A stretch of 64,000 nt of DNA from Leptolyngbyaceae cyanobacterium (GTDB lineage Bacteria; Cyanobacteriota; Cyanobacteriia; Phormidesmidales; Phormidesmidaceae), in the NCBI GenBank assembly GCA_965263355.1, contig CBDHHL010000032.1, positions 288,001 to 352,000 on the forward strand, in the 5' to 3' direction. Each line of letters begins with the position of its first letter. Positions within the stretch are counted from its first letter, which is position 1. The translations under genes were made by a program, and so were the position numbers. Under the pieces are notes generated by a model. That model was not told the DNA's origin. It did not search any database and worked only from the letters and a program-made list of their open reading frames with translations. Shown one piece after another: positions 42,095 through 52,652 of this stretch.

Positions 42095-42535
42095 ATGATA
42101 CGTCACGGCAGTACAGTGTCGATTGAATACACACTTACTCTAGCCGATGGTTCGTTTGTGCAAAGCAATGTTGGCAAGGAACCTCTCAGATACGTACATG
42201 GTGATACCAGTTTATTACCTGCCCTCCAGAAAGAGCTTGCAGGTCATGGCGTCAATGATGAGTTCAAGGTACAACTTCTCCCTGAACAGGCTTATGGTCC
42301 CGTAATACCTAGGCTATTCCAGCAGATACCGCTCCAAAAGATTCCGCAAGAAGCACGCACAGCAGGTACCTTGGTACACATCTCAGGAATTAAAAATTTG
42401 GTACGGGTACATGAGATCCATGAAGACGTGGCCGTCTTAGATTTCAATCATCCCCTTGCAGGCAAGAAAATCATCTTCGAGATTCGGATCCTGTCAATAC
42501 ACTCCGGACATGTCCTGAATGGCTACTCAAGTTAA
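42095..42535 (+). CDS. slyD: FKBP-type peptidyl-prolyl isomerase (SlyD-like)
   Basis: VSIEYTL, PEQAYG, LDFNHPLAGK; AGGAG RBS. Confidence 0.88.
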   Translation: MIRHGSTVSIEYTLTLADGSFVQSNVGKEPLRYVHGDTSLLPALQKELAGHGVNDEFKVQLLPEQAYGPVIPRLFQQIPLQKIPQEARTAGTLVHISGIKNLVRVHEIHEDVAVLDFNHPLAGKKIIFEIRILSIHSGHVLNGYSS

Positions 42536-42657
42536 CAAAGTTGAGCTTACTATAGAATTTAGCAAGGCAGTTTCTACACGTGTTACTCCACTAACGATTT
42601 AAGAGATATTTAAAGTTAGAAAGCGATTAGAGGATCAGTTTAGAGCCAAGCATCTTC

Positions 42658-43015
42658 ATGGCCAGGTACACCCATCTTTTTACTACCGTTGTTCCAGTTA
42701 CCCATCTGCGCCAGTCTCTCGCTGACGTTCTTACAGCATGTGGTCTCAATGTAATCTATGAGGCATCTGGCTATCTGGTTGCCAGGGAAAAGCCTGGCCA
42801 TGTTTCCTACAGTAAACTGGCAACTGTAGAATTGCTAATTGATCTGCACCACCCCCACTCAACCGCAACATCCCAACAATCAAGCGTTTTCTACGACCAT
42901 CAATCTAGTCGTTACAAATGAGGAACTCCCCTTGATGGCTGACAACCACTGCCAGCACATATTCGAAAAAGTTAGCAAGGCGGTGACCACTGTCAGCTTA
43001 AAGACAAATCTATGA
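42658..43015 (+). pseudogene. Conserved cyanobacterial hypothetical gene, frameshifted
   Basis: MARYT...AREKPG..S.SKLATVELLID, continuing in another frame as NEELPL..DNHC to TGA 43015. Confidence 0.65.
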
Positions 43016-43052
43016 GGCGCTACGCTGCTCAAGATTCTTTTCCCAGAAACTT

Positions 43053-43102
43053 CAAAAATCTACCTCTGGTTAGATTTTTGAAGCCAAGGCGTCAGCTAAA
43101 AT
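43053..43102 (+). promoter_or_regulatory. Island palindrome site plus -10
   Basis: CAAAAATCTACC-TCTG-GTTAGATTTTTG; TAAAAT 22 bp after GTTAGA. Confidence 0.7.
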
Positions 43103-43257
43103 GCTGCTAAAATGAGGGGTTTTTATAAAAGAAAAATAATGTCAATCATTAATGTCAATCATTCCAATAACTCTGACGCTACCGCTAACTGGTATCGTCC
43201 TGATCAGTTGCGCAAGGTCGCACGCTAAGTCTAGCAACATAACAGTCGCTAGACTAT

Positions 43258-43805
43258 GTGGATATGATCAACTTAATGGCAGTGACGGTTAAGTCTGCAG
43301 CAGGTATGCGAGTTTATCAAACAGTCCAGCGAGAAATTGAGCAGTTAGTAGGCCATATTAATGCCCGATTTGCTTGCTTCGATTGGACGCCTATTCAGCT
43401 ATCTAAGGAACCAATTCCCTACGAAACGCTGATCGCATACATGAAAGCAGCGGACATCGCCTGGATTACGCCCTTAAGAGATGGCCTGAATTTAGTTGCT
43501 AAAGAGTATGTCATTGCCCATGGTGGCCAGGATGGAGTGTTGGTTTTGTCTGAGTTTACGGAGCAGCTGTAGAACTGCCAGAAGCCATACTGATCAATCC
43601 TTACTCAAACGACAACATGTATGCGGCGATTGACCAGGCATTAGCCATGCCAATATCAGAGCAAAAGGCCCGGATGACTTCCATGTATCAGGCATTGTGC
43701 CATTACGATGTAAAACAGTGGGCCAATCATGTATTTCGGGAAGCTAAAGCTCGTTCAGCTGGCATCAAAAAACAGGCACTCGCCAAAGTTCTCGCCTTAG
43801 CCTAA
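43258..43805 (+). pseudogene. ggpS: Glucosylglycerol-phosphate synthase (GT20) C-terminal relic
   Basis: DIAWITPLRDGLNLVAKEY, LSEFT|GAAVELP..ILINPYS with a frameshift near 43560, YDVKQWA; N-terminal part absent. Confidence 0.75.
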
Positions 43806-43816
43806 TCACAGACTTT

Positions 43817-43856
43817 TCAGACCAGCTCTCTTAGTTTCCCAAGAGAACTGGTCTGA
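43817..43856. terminator. Stem-loop after the ggpS relic
   Basis: TCAGACCAGCTCTCTT...AAGAGAACTGGTCTGA. Confidence 0.55.
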
Positions 43857-43974
43857 CCTGTTGCATTAGTTCTTAAACCACATCCAAGTGAGCATCTTAA
43901 GTTTTTTTATAGACAAACCAGTTCTGGACTGAGGTAAGCCCAGTGCTATTGTCATCTATACAGAGTCAGTAAGT

Positions 43975-44937
43975 ATGAAGGGTAATGCCAAGTTGTCTAC
44001 AGACTACGTAAAAACATATCTAAAAGAAATTGGTCGTATTCCTCTTTTAACTCATGAAGAGGAAGTCACCTATGGCAAAGCCGTTCAAAGCCTGGTTTAT
44101 TTAGAAGAACTTCAAACTGAACTTACGAAAGAGTTAGGTCATTCTCCCAGTAGTGACGAATGGGCTGCCGCTGCACGAATCACAGTTGATGAGTTAGAAC
44201 GTCGCATAGGTCATGGCAAGTCTGCCAAAGAAAAAATGGTAGAAGCCAATCTGCGTTTGGTTGTCTCCATTGCCAAAAAATATCTTCAACGCAACGTTGA
44301 GTTTTTAGACCTAATTCAAGAAGGTACGATTGGGTTACAACGGGGTGTAGAAAAGTTTGATCCTACTAAAGGGTATCGCTTTTCTACCTACGCCTACTGG
44401 TGGATTCGTCAATCTATTTCCCGTAGCATCGCTCACAAAAGTCGTACTATTCGTTTGCCCCTCTATATCAGTGAAAAATTAAACAAAATTAAAAAGACTC
44501 AAAGACAGCTCTCGCAGAGTTTGGGACGATCCGCCACTTTTCAAGAAATTGCTGAGGTGACCAACATCGAAGTAGATAAGTTACGCCAGTACCTGTCATA
44601 CTCTCACAAAACCCTCTCCATTGACTTACGCATTGGCGAAAATCAAGACACAGAGCTGAGTGCAATACTTGAAGACGATGGTCAGACTCCTGAAGAATAT
44701 ACCGATCAAGTGTCGCTACAAGAAGATTTGCAGAAACTCATGGCCTCATTGACTCAGCAGCAGCAAGAGGTTCTGGTCCTAAGGTTTGGACTCCGTGATG
44801 GTCAATCAATGTCACTGGCCAAAGTTGGCGATGCTCTAAATCTAAGCCGGGAGCGTGTTCGTCAAATTGAACGAGAGGCCCTAAAGCGGATGCGTCAACA
44901 GCGTGGTATGGTCAAGGCATATTTGACCACTGGTTAG
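43975..44937 (+). CDS. Group-2 RpoD-like sigma factor
   Basis: [45 protein letters not shown]. Confidence 0.95.
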   Translation: MKGNAKLSTDYVKTYLKEIGRIPLLTHEEEVTYGKAVQSLVYLEELQTELTKELGHSPSSDEWAAAARITVDELERRIGHGKSAKEKMVEANLRLVVSIAKKYLQRNVEFLDLIQEGTIGLQRGVEKFDPTKGYRFSTYAYWWIRQSISRSIAHKSRTIRLPLYISEKLNKIKKTQRQLSQSLGRSATFQEIAEVTNIEVDKLRQYLSYSHKTLSIDLRIGENQDTELSAILEDDGQTPEEYTDQVSLQEDLQKLMASLTQQQQEVLVLRFGLRDGQSMSLAKVGDALNLSRERVRQIEREALKRMRQQRGMVKAYLTTG

Positions 44938-44991
44938 TCAACATTGAAACTCATAAATAACAACATATCTAGAAATACATTCACACATTCC

Positions 44992-45143
44992 ATGGTTCAT
45001 TTGTCAGTCCGCCCCCGCTTCCTGAAACTCTTCAAGTCTGCCCTCGTTTTGCTCAGTGCTACGTTGCTGAGTAGTCTCTCTCCTGATGCAGCCCTAGCCA
45101 ATCCTGTATCCAACTCTCCCCTGACAGAAGGTGTTTATCTATG
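44992..45143 (+). pseudogene. Secreted protein 5' fragment abutting IS66 sequence
   Basis: Signal peptide ending ALA, then LTEGVYLY, then a switch to transposase sequence. Confidence 0.5.
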
Positions 45144-45930
45144 AGGACCCCAATCCCTATCGAGTGCAAAAAGTAGACGTGCCCCAGATAAAACCGGTTG
45201 TCGTCGAGCATCGATTTCACCAGTTAGCGTGTGAGTGCTGTGGGGCGTTGACACAGGGCTGGGACGAAGGGGTGATCAACAGTCCGAGATTTGGCGAACG
45301 ACTGACGGGATTGGTGGGGTGGCTTAGCAGTGTCGGTCATCAGTCCCATGGGCAGGTGAAGGACCTGTTGTGTGAGGTGTTTGATATAGAGATATCAACG
45401 GGAGGCATCAATCGTCTGCGGATGGAGTTGTCATATCAAGTCAGATTGAATAGCCACAATATACGGCCAGAGTAAATAAGCTATATGCCTTGTAATTTAA
45501 GGTTTTTCTAAAATTCATAGTGTGGGCCTTCTCAACGACTTGATATCAGAGTCATTGTCAGCCATCGTGGAGAGTGCGGGAGAGTATATTCAGCAACAAG
45601 CCCAGGTGAACATGGATGAGACGGGCTTTCGCCAAGGGAATGGAGATGGCAAGAATCCCCAGAAAAGCAAAGGGTGGTTGTGGGTTGTGGTGCCCCCGTT
45701 AGTGAGCTATTTTTCGGTATTTCTGTCTCGCTCACAGGAAGTTGCCAAAGCGATATTGGGAGACGCATTCAATGGCATTGTGGGCAGTGACCGATGTAGC
45801 TCCTACAGTTGGTTATGCAATGGTCAACGGCAAGTGTGTTGGGCTCATCTCAAACGAGATTTCACCAAAATCGCTGAACGCTCAGGGCGATCCACTAAAT
45901 TGGGAAAGGCCCTGCTCAAACAACAAAACC
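45143..45930 (+). mobile_element. IS66-family transposase (TnpC) internal fragment
   Basis: EDP.PYR.Q, CECCG, DETG, WLWV, SDR..SY, QVCWAHLKRDF; split by a MITE. Confidence 0.88.
45434..45545. mobile_element. 112-bp MITE with TCA target duplication
   Basis: TIR TATCAAGTC/GACTTGATA; TCA at 45431-33 and 45546-48; removal restores the transposase frame. Confidence 0.85.
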
Positions 45931-46024
45931 CACATTCCGCCATTAAATTGGCACATCGGATAATTAATAACGAAGCCAATGGATCACAGCCTCTAAAGAA
46001 GCATGAATTCTCAATAAAACCTAA

Positions 46025-46321
46025 CTATTGAGAATAATCTAGAAATAGTTCAAATGAATTATCTAGGTGCTCAAAGTCTCTATGGAAAAGGCTTTCAGAT
46101 TTAATATTTGATTGTGACAGTTGAGAGTGCGGAATGTCGGACAAAAGCGATTGTTTGAGCGTTGGTATCAGGTCCGAGATGGAGTAGTGATTCAGCAGTT
46201 TGCTAATGGTGGAGACATCAGTTGTGGCAAAAATAGAGCGAGCTAACGTTTTGTCATACTCATCAATGATTTGTTGTTGTAAGCAGACTTGTAAGTTTTG
46301 GCGTTGCATGATGTTATCCAC
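46025..46321 (-). CDS. Hypothetical protein (possibly a fragment)
   Basis: 98-aa ORF immediately downstream of the FG-GAP gene. Confidence 0.35.
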   Translation of the reverse strand: MDNIMQRQNLQVCLQQQIIDEYDKTLARSIFATTDVSTISKLLNHYSISDLIPTLKQSLLSDIPHSQLSQSNIKSESLFHRDFEHLDNSFELFLDYSQ

Positions 46322-46331
46322 CTATTAGGGC

Positions 46332-48594
46332 TTAAACAACAAAGTTAAAGCCTGTACTAAAATCATTAAGAGCTACATGTTTGAGCAGGGCAATTTGCTC
46401 CAGACCACTACCAGCATTGTAGTACAAACGAGTATCACTGCCAGTATCACTCAAACTATAGTCAGAGGCTGAACCAGTAAGGACAATCAAGTCACCTGCG
46501 CCCAAACTAAAGTCTCTGATAATTGCTCGATCACCATTCTTCGCAGCAGTGTAAAATACATTGATGCCATCTCCAAGAATAAATTCATCGGCTCCTGCAT
46601 TGTCGATGAGAATATCCACCTCATCCGCCCCTTGGGCAATAGAATCGGTTCCCAACAGTTTGTCGTTACCACCCTGGCCACGCAGAAAGTCATTACCCGC
46701 ACTCCCAATCAGCTCGTCATGACTTCTGCCCCCATTGAGGGTGTCATTACCCATGCCGCCAATGAGAGCATCTTTGCCATCGCCTCCATCAAGGCTATCG
46801 TGGCCTACCCCCCCGTTGAGAATGTCATTACCCGCACCGCCATCGATATTGTCGCTACCCCCCTGACCCAATACTCTATCTTTGTCGGCCCCCCCGAAAA
46901 TCGTGTCGTTGCCACTACCACCTTGAATGCGGTCGTTACCGTTGTCGCCGTTAAGGCTGTCGTTGCCCTCACCGCCATGAATAATGTCATTCCCGTCATC
47001 GCCACTGATGGTGTCATCGCCAGTAAGGGCATCAAACGTGTCGGCACCAGGGGTAAGGGTAAACACATCATCCCCTGCGGTAGCCATGGGAAGGGAGGAG
47101 CGACCATACACCACATAGCTAACCCCGCTGAAGGCACCGCCTATGACCTGACGAGCCATGGGTGCCCCAATAATCACATCATCAAAACCATCGCCATTGA
47201 TATCCCCAGCACTGCTTACAGCCCGACCTGAAATATCAGAATAATCGATCCCATTAATGACAAACCCATTTTGACCATTCAAGCTACTTAAGTCTAGGCT
47301 GGCTCCAAAGCCACCCGATTGACCAAACACTACATAGCTTTCGCCAGCACCATTTTTACCATTGGGATCAGCCGAGGAAGCCCCAATAATCACATCGTCA
47401 AGGCCATCCCCATTGACATCCCCGGCACTGCTTACAGACCACCCTGAAACATCACCAGCATCGATACCATTAATAACGAACCCATTGATACCATCCAGAC
47501 TCTTTAAATCTAAGCTAGATTCAAAGCCATCCGATTGACCAAACACTACATAGCTTTCGCCGATATTATTTTGACCGTTAGGATCGGCCAAAGGTGCCCC
47601 AATAATTACATCGTCCAGGCCATCACCGTTGATATCTCCCGCACCACTCACAGAGAAGAAAATACTATTGCGAGTGAAGCCCTTAATGACAAACCCATTG
47701 CTGCCATTGAGATTACTCAAGTTTAGACTAGCTCCAAAGCCGCCCGACTGGCCAAACACCACATAGCTCTCGCCATCAGGGTTTTGACCACTAATGTCAA
47801 AGGAAACCCCGATAATCACATCGTCAAGACCATCGCCATTGACGTCACCAGCACTGCTGCCGGATATCCCCGAATCTATGTCAAAATCGATACCGTTAAT
47901 GACAAACCCATTGGTGCCATTCAGACTACTGAGGTCCAGACTCGCTCCAAAACCGCTAGCCTGACCAAACACCACATAGCTTTTGCCAGCACCAGTCTGA
48001 GCATTAGTAGCTCCGATAATCACATCGTCAAGGCCATCGTCATTGATATCCCCAGCACTGCTCACGGAAAAGCCTGAAAAGTCATTAGCACCAATACCGT
48101 TAATGACAAATCCATTGCTACCATTGAGGTTACTCAAGTCCAAACTTGCCCCAAAGCCACTGGCCTGACCAAATATGACATAGCTTTCGCCAGCATTGCT
48201 TTGACCATTAGGAGCAGCAAAAGGAGCCCCAATAATTACATCGTCAAGGCCATCCCCATTAATATCTCCAGCACCGCTCACAAACGAGCCTGAATAGTCC
48301 TCAGGATCAATGCCGTTAATGACAAATCCATTGGTGCCATCGAGGCTACTGAGATCCAGAGTAAAGCCAAACCCATCCGACTGGCCAAACCACATAGCTT
48401 TCGCCAGCAAGGGTTTAACCGTTAGGATCAGCATCACTAGCCCCAATAATTACATCGTCAAGGCCATCCCCATTGACATCCCCGGCACTGCTTACGGAAA
48501 TACCTAAATAGTCATACTCATCAATGCCGTTAATGGCAAACCCATCGTCAATATCAAGGCTACTGAGATCAAGTGAAGCTGGAAACGTTGTCAT
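46332..48594 (-). pseudogene. FG-GAP/integrin-alpha beta-propeller plus RTX Ca-binding repeat protein, disrupted at the 5' end
   Basis: Seven AGD(I/V)NxDGxDDVIIG repeats and GGxGxD nonapeptides; true start MTTFPASLDL at 48594; in-frame TAA near 48416 and an apparent 2-bp deletion near 48390. Confidence 0.85.
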
Positions 48595-48997
48595 ACTGTT
48601 AGTCCCCCACTAAATTTAGTGCTGTGATGGATAAATCCACTAATGCCTTCTTCTGAACTACTGAGGCGTAACCGCAAAAAAAGACGACATAGTACGGATT
48701 TATACGGAAACAAACTGGCTTAAGAGTTAAATGAGCCAACGTTTTTGTGGGTAATTACCTGAATTTATTTCATCCCCTGATGTTGTCAAGTACTGCAAAC
48801 AACTGAGAGAACGGAATTGGGTTAAGTTGGTTTGCCCGTCAACTAACCAGTCCATGTCATACTTGGCTTGGTTACACAAACAAATCAGTGACATAAAATA
48901 GCTTACGCCGTATACAGGATTAGCACGCTGATATAGGGCGCTAGCTGTCATTTTAAGCAACTAGACGGTACACAAACACAGATGCGAGGTAGCCTTC

Positions 48998-50596
48998 ATG
49001 CGCATTCTCTTAATTTATCCCCTTTTCCCTAAAAGCTTTTGGTCTTTCGATAAAACCCTTGAACTAGTCAATTTCAAGGCACAGCTTCCTCCCCTAGGGA
49101 TAATTACGGTTGCTGCTATTTTGCCTCAGGAATGGGACTACCGTTTGGTTGATCGCAATGTTCGTGACATAACGGAGGCCGAGTGGGAATGGGCTGATCT
49201 TGTATTGCTTTCAGGCATGATTGTTCAGAAAGAAGATTTTGCCGTGCAAATTCAAGCTGCCCATGCTCACGGTAAGCGAGTGGCTGTTGGTGGTCCTTAT
49301 GCTACAGCTATGCCAGATGAGGTGAAAAGAGCAGGCGCAGACTTTTTAATCTTAGATGAGGGGGAAATAACCCTACCCATGTTTGTAGCCGCACTAGAAC
49401 AAGGCGCAACCAGTGGTACCTTTCGTTCAGGGGGAGAGAAACCTGACATTACAACAACACCGATTCCTCGATACGATCTATTAGAGTTTGACGCATATGC
49501 TGAGATGTCAGTTCAATTTTCGCGTGGCTGTCCCTTCCAGTGCGAATTCTGCGACATTATTGTCCTATATGGACGAAAGCCCAGAACAAAGTCTCCTAAG
49601 CAGCTTCTAGCAGAGTTGCAATCTCTTTACGATCTGGGCTGGCGGCGCAGCATTTTTATGGTGGATGACAACTTTATTGGTAACAAGCGGAATGTAAAAC
49701 TGTTGTTAAAGGAAATGAAACCATGGATGGAAGCCCGCAACTATCCCTTTTCCTTTGCTACTGAAGCATCTGTCGATCTAGCACAAGATCTGGAACTGAT
49801 GCAGATGATGGTGGACTGTAACTTTGGTGCTGTTTTTCTGGGTATTGAGACACCGGATGATGAGAGTTTAACGTTGACACGTAAGCATCAAAATACTCGT
49901 AACCCACTGTCTCAAGCAGTAGATACAATTACTCAGTCTGGCTTACGAGTGATGGCCGGGTTTATTATTGGCTTCGACGGTGAAAAAACAGGCGCAGGCC
50001 AGCGCATTGTAGATTTTGTTGAGCAAACAGCTATCCCCACGGCTGTGCTCAGCATGCTACAGGCTCTGCCGGACACCGCTCTTTGGCATCGCTTGATAAA
50101 GGAAGATCGAATTCTGCTTCAGGAAGCCGATATTAATCAGGCAACGCTGATGAATTTTATTCCCACTCGCTCTATTGAAGAGATCACCCACGAGTTTATC
50201 AATGCGTTCTGGACCCTCTACGATCCGATAAATATATTAAATCGCACCTATCGCCATTTTCTGATGCTTGCGGAGGGACAACGTCGCCACTACCAGGGTC
50301 GGAATATTTCTGCTGGTAGTCCTGAGATTAATTGGACGATTCTACGCGCATTTGTTATTGTTTGCTGGAGACAAGGGGTTGTTCGAAAAACGCGTCTGCG
50401 CTTTTGGCTAAATCTGTTCAATATGCTGCGTCGCTATCCCGAGGCAACGGGTAACTACATTTCCGTTTGCGCTCAAGCAGAACACTTTATTGACTTTCGC
50501 GAAATCGTTAAGAAACAGATTGAAACTCAGCTTGAAACCTTCCTAAAACTAAAGCAGGAACAGCAAGAACCAAGGCAGTTACCGCTAGCTTCATAA
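48998..50596 (+). CDS. B12-binding radical SAM protein (DUF4070 type)
   Basis: PPLG, GGPY, RGCPFQCEFC, VDDNF, GIET, GFIIGFD. Confidence 0.93.
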   Translation: MRILLIYPLFPKSFWSFDKTLELVNFKAQLPPLGIITVAAILPQEWDYRLVDRNVRDITEAEWEWADLVLLSGMIVQKEDFAVQIQAAHAHGKRVAVGGPYATAMPDEVKRAGADFLILDEGEITLPMFVAALEQGATSGTFRSGGEKPDITTTPIPRYDLLEFDAYAEMSVQFSRGCPFQCEFCDIIVLYGRKPRTKSPKQLLAELQSLYDLGWRRSIFMVDDNFIGNKRNVKLLLKEMKPWMEARNYPFSFATEASVDLAQDLELMQMMVDCNFGAVFLGIETPDDESLTLTRKHQNTRNPLSQAVDTITQSGLRVMAGFIIGFDGEKTGAGQRIVDFVEQTAIPTAVLSMLQALPDTALWHRLIKEDRILLQEADINQATLMNFIPTRSIEEITHEFINAFWTLYDPINILNRTYRHFLMLAEGQRRHYQGRNISAGSPEINWTILRAFVIVCWRQGVVRKTRLRFWLNLFNMLRRYPEATGNYISVCAQAEHFIDFREIVKKQIETQLETFLKLKQEQQEPRQLPLAS

Positions 50597-50628
50597 TGAC
50601 GATTCCACTGGTACGAAGTCAGCTAATG

Positions 50629-50786
50629 GGGTATCAGCGTTAGTCGGGAAATTAGACCAGGTAAAAATTCGGAATTTGAAATAAGTCCTCTGGACGACCT
50701 AACGGTACGGAAGTCAGAAGCGGACTGCATTCCAAATTCCGAACTCTGTTTTTTTGGGAAAATCGTCCCGCTTTACGTTGGTACCC
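50629..50786. repeat. MITE-like element, family A, copy 2 (inverted)
   Basis: GGGTATCAGCGTTAGTCGGGA ... TCCCGCTTTACGTTGGTACCC. Confidence 0.7.
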
Positions 50787-50859
50787 TACAAGTGCTTTGA
50801 TAAAAACGCGATGACACACATCAGCTGGCCATCATAAACTTATTCAACACTGTTTACCA

Positions 50860-51408
50860 TTATCGATGATAAACAGCTGTAATACTTGCACTGTCGAGCA
50901 TATTTGCGCGGATCATAAAACCGACAAGCGCATTGCTTGGATTTTCAGGCAGTTCCAAACGCTCTGTACCCAGCGCATATATCGTAAAGATGTAACGATG
51001 GACTTCACCGGGAGGAGGACAAGCACCGCCGAAGGCAATTGTACCGTAATCATTTCGAATTTCAGTTGCTTCACCAGGTAGGTTGTTATTGATACTCGCA
51101 TTCTGAGCAATAGAGTTTGTAGAAGCTGGAATATTAACAACATTCCAGTGCCACCAGCCTGATCCAGTTGGCGCGTCTGGATCATACACGTTGATGGCAA
51201 AGCTTTTTGTTCCGTCCGGTGCACCAGTCCATGACAATTGTGGTGACTCGTTTTCACCTTCGCATCCAAACCCCTCGAAAACATGGGCGTTTGTCAACAT
51301 TCCGCCTTCGGAGACTGTTGTACTGGTCAAGTTAAATTCCTGCGCAGATACAGGTGATGCGATCATTGTAATGAGCAACAAGCCAAGAGCAGTAAACTTA
51401 CTAAGCAT
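50860..51408 (-). CDS. YbhB/YbcL (PEBP/RKIP-like) periplasmic protein
   Basis: Signal peptide; SPQLSW, YDPDAPTGSGWWHW, GGACPPPG, HRYIFT. Confidence 0.93.
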   Translation of the reverse strand: MLSKFTALGLLLITMIASPVSAQEFNLTSTTVSEGGMLTNAHVFEGFGCEGENESPQLSWTGAPDGTKSFAINVYDPDAPTGSGWWHWNVVNIPASTNSIAQNASINNNLPGEATEIRNDYGTIAFGGACPPPGEVHRYIFTIYALGTERLELPENPSNALVGFMIRANMLDSASITAVYHR

Positions 51409-51509
51409 TGTCGTGGCCCTCTCTAACTTAAGTATTGTCTACAGTCTGACTTTAGCAAGGACAGTTTTACTCTACTTCCAGCAATCAAGCAAAAACTATC
51501 GAAAAACGC

Positions 51510-52322
51510 TCAATCTTCTGCCTTGCGTATCTCACTGGGATTGATTCCAAATCGCTTCTTAAACGAATCTGAAAAATAAGAGGGTGTTTTAAATCCACAA
51601 TTAAATGCGATTTCTGAAATTGGCATATCTGTTGACTGCAAAAGGCTAAGACCATGCTCAAGTCTTGTATTCTGCAGTATTTTTGAAAAACCTTGCCCGG
51701 ATTTAGTTAACCAACGCCTCATGGTTGCCTCACTTATCGCAAAGTGATCAGCCACTTCATTGGACCGCCAGGGATAACTTAAATCTGTTTCGATCAGTCT
51801 TCTGACCTTGCTTAGTGGTTTCTCTTCTTCATAAGGTGAGAGATAAATGCCGTTATATTTTAACCAGATCAAAGGTTCTAACAGTCGATGCTGTCTTATA
51901 GGCTCTGGTATTTCTGTGTCGCTCAGTGTGGCCTGAATGGTGTTCAATATTTGGAAAGACTGGCCTATAAGGCCTTGTAAAATTTGGATGCCCGTTGATT
52001 CAGACTTTAATTTTTCGTTGGAGAACACCGTTTCTATCATATGACGTGGAAAGCAAACGCCAGTGGCCCGATAATCATCACCAAGCACGGGGCGATTTTC
52101 CATCGTTACCATAGACCCAGGAGGAAATATCATCACATCTTCGGCATGTCCAATTATTTCACCATTTATCGGACACAGTACCCTTTTGCTACCAACCTGA
52201 ATGAAGAACAAAAATGTGTGTTGAAAATAAAGATCAGTAAACGTAGCTGTCGTTGCCTGAGAGATTGATAGCACAGACACATCTGGGATGGCACCAGCTT
52301 GCGCCTCATCATCTTTTTTCAT
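51510..52322 (-). CDS. AraC family regulator (YbcM-like)
   Basis: SEATMRR, IAFNCGF..PSYFS..FKKRFG..P. Confidence 0.92.
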   Translation of the reverse strand: MKKDDEAQAGAIPDVSVLSISQATTATFTDLYFQHTFLFFIQVGSKRVLCPINGEIIGHAEDVMIFPPGSMVTMENRPVLGDDYRATGVCFPRHMIETVFSNEKLKSESTGIQILQGLIGQSFQILNTIQATLSDTEIPEPIRQHRLLEPLIWLKYNGIYLSPYEEEKPLSKVRRLIETDLSYPWRSNEVADHFAISEATMRRWLTKSGQGFSKILQNTRLEHGLSLLQSTDMPISEIAFNCGFKTPSYFSDSFKKRFGINPSEIRKAED

Positions 52323-52652
52323 TAGTTAATCTATATTTCATCCATCTACCTACAATGAAATAGCCAGCTAAAGAAAGTCAATATAATGACAAGCAGCTTT
52401 TGATCGACATCTGTGAAGGCGATACTACAGGGCATGGAATCTATATCGTAAAAGCGTTCAGATACGAGCATTGAATGAGCAGGTGTACCATTAATAGGGA
52501 TGTGTTTGTTGTATCTTTGCATGATTTCATCTAGATCCAGCTGGAGGTAGGCAGGGTTAGACTGGTCAAAATAATGGCTGAATTTGGACCGATAACCGCA
52601 AGTAAAGAAAAAGGATACTATAGTCAATTGGAAAAATTAGCAGATTAGCAAC

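Noticed and set aside
47100..48560. ~195-bp tandem DNA repeats as an array or DGR
   Set aside because: Explained by coding FG-GAP blades; no reverse transcriptase in the window.
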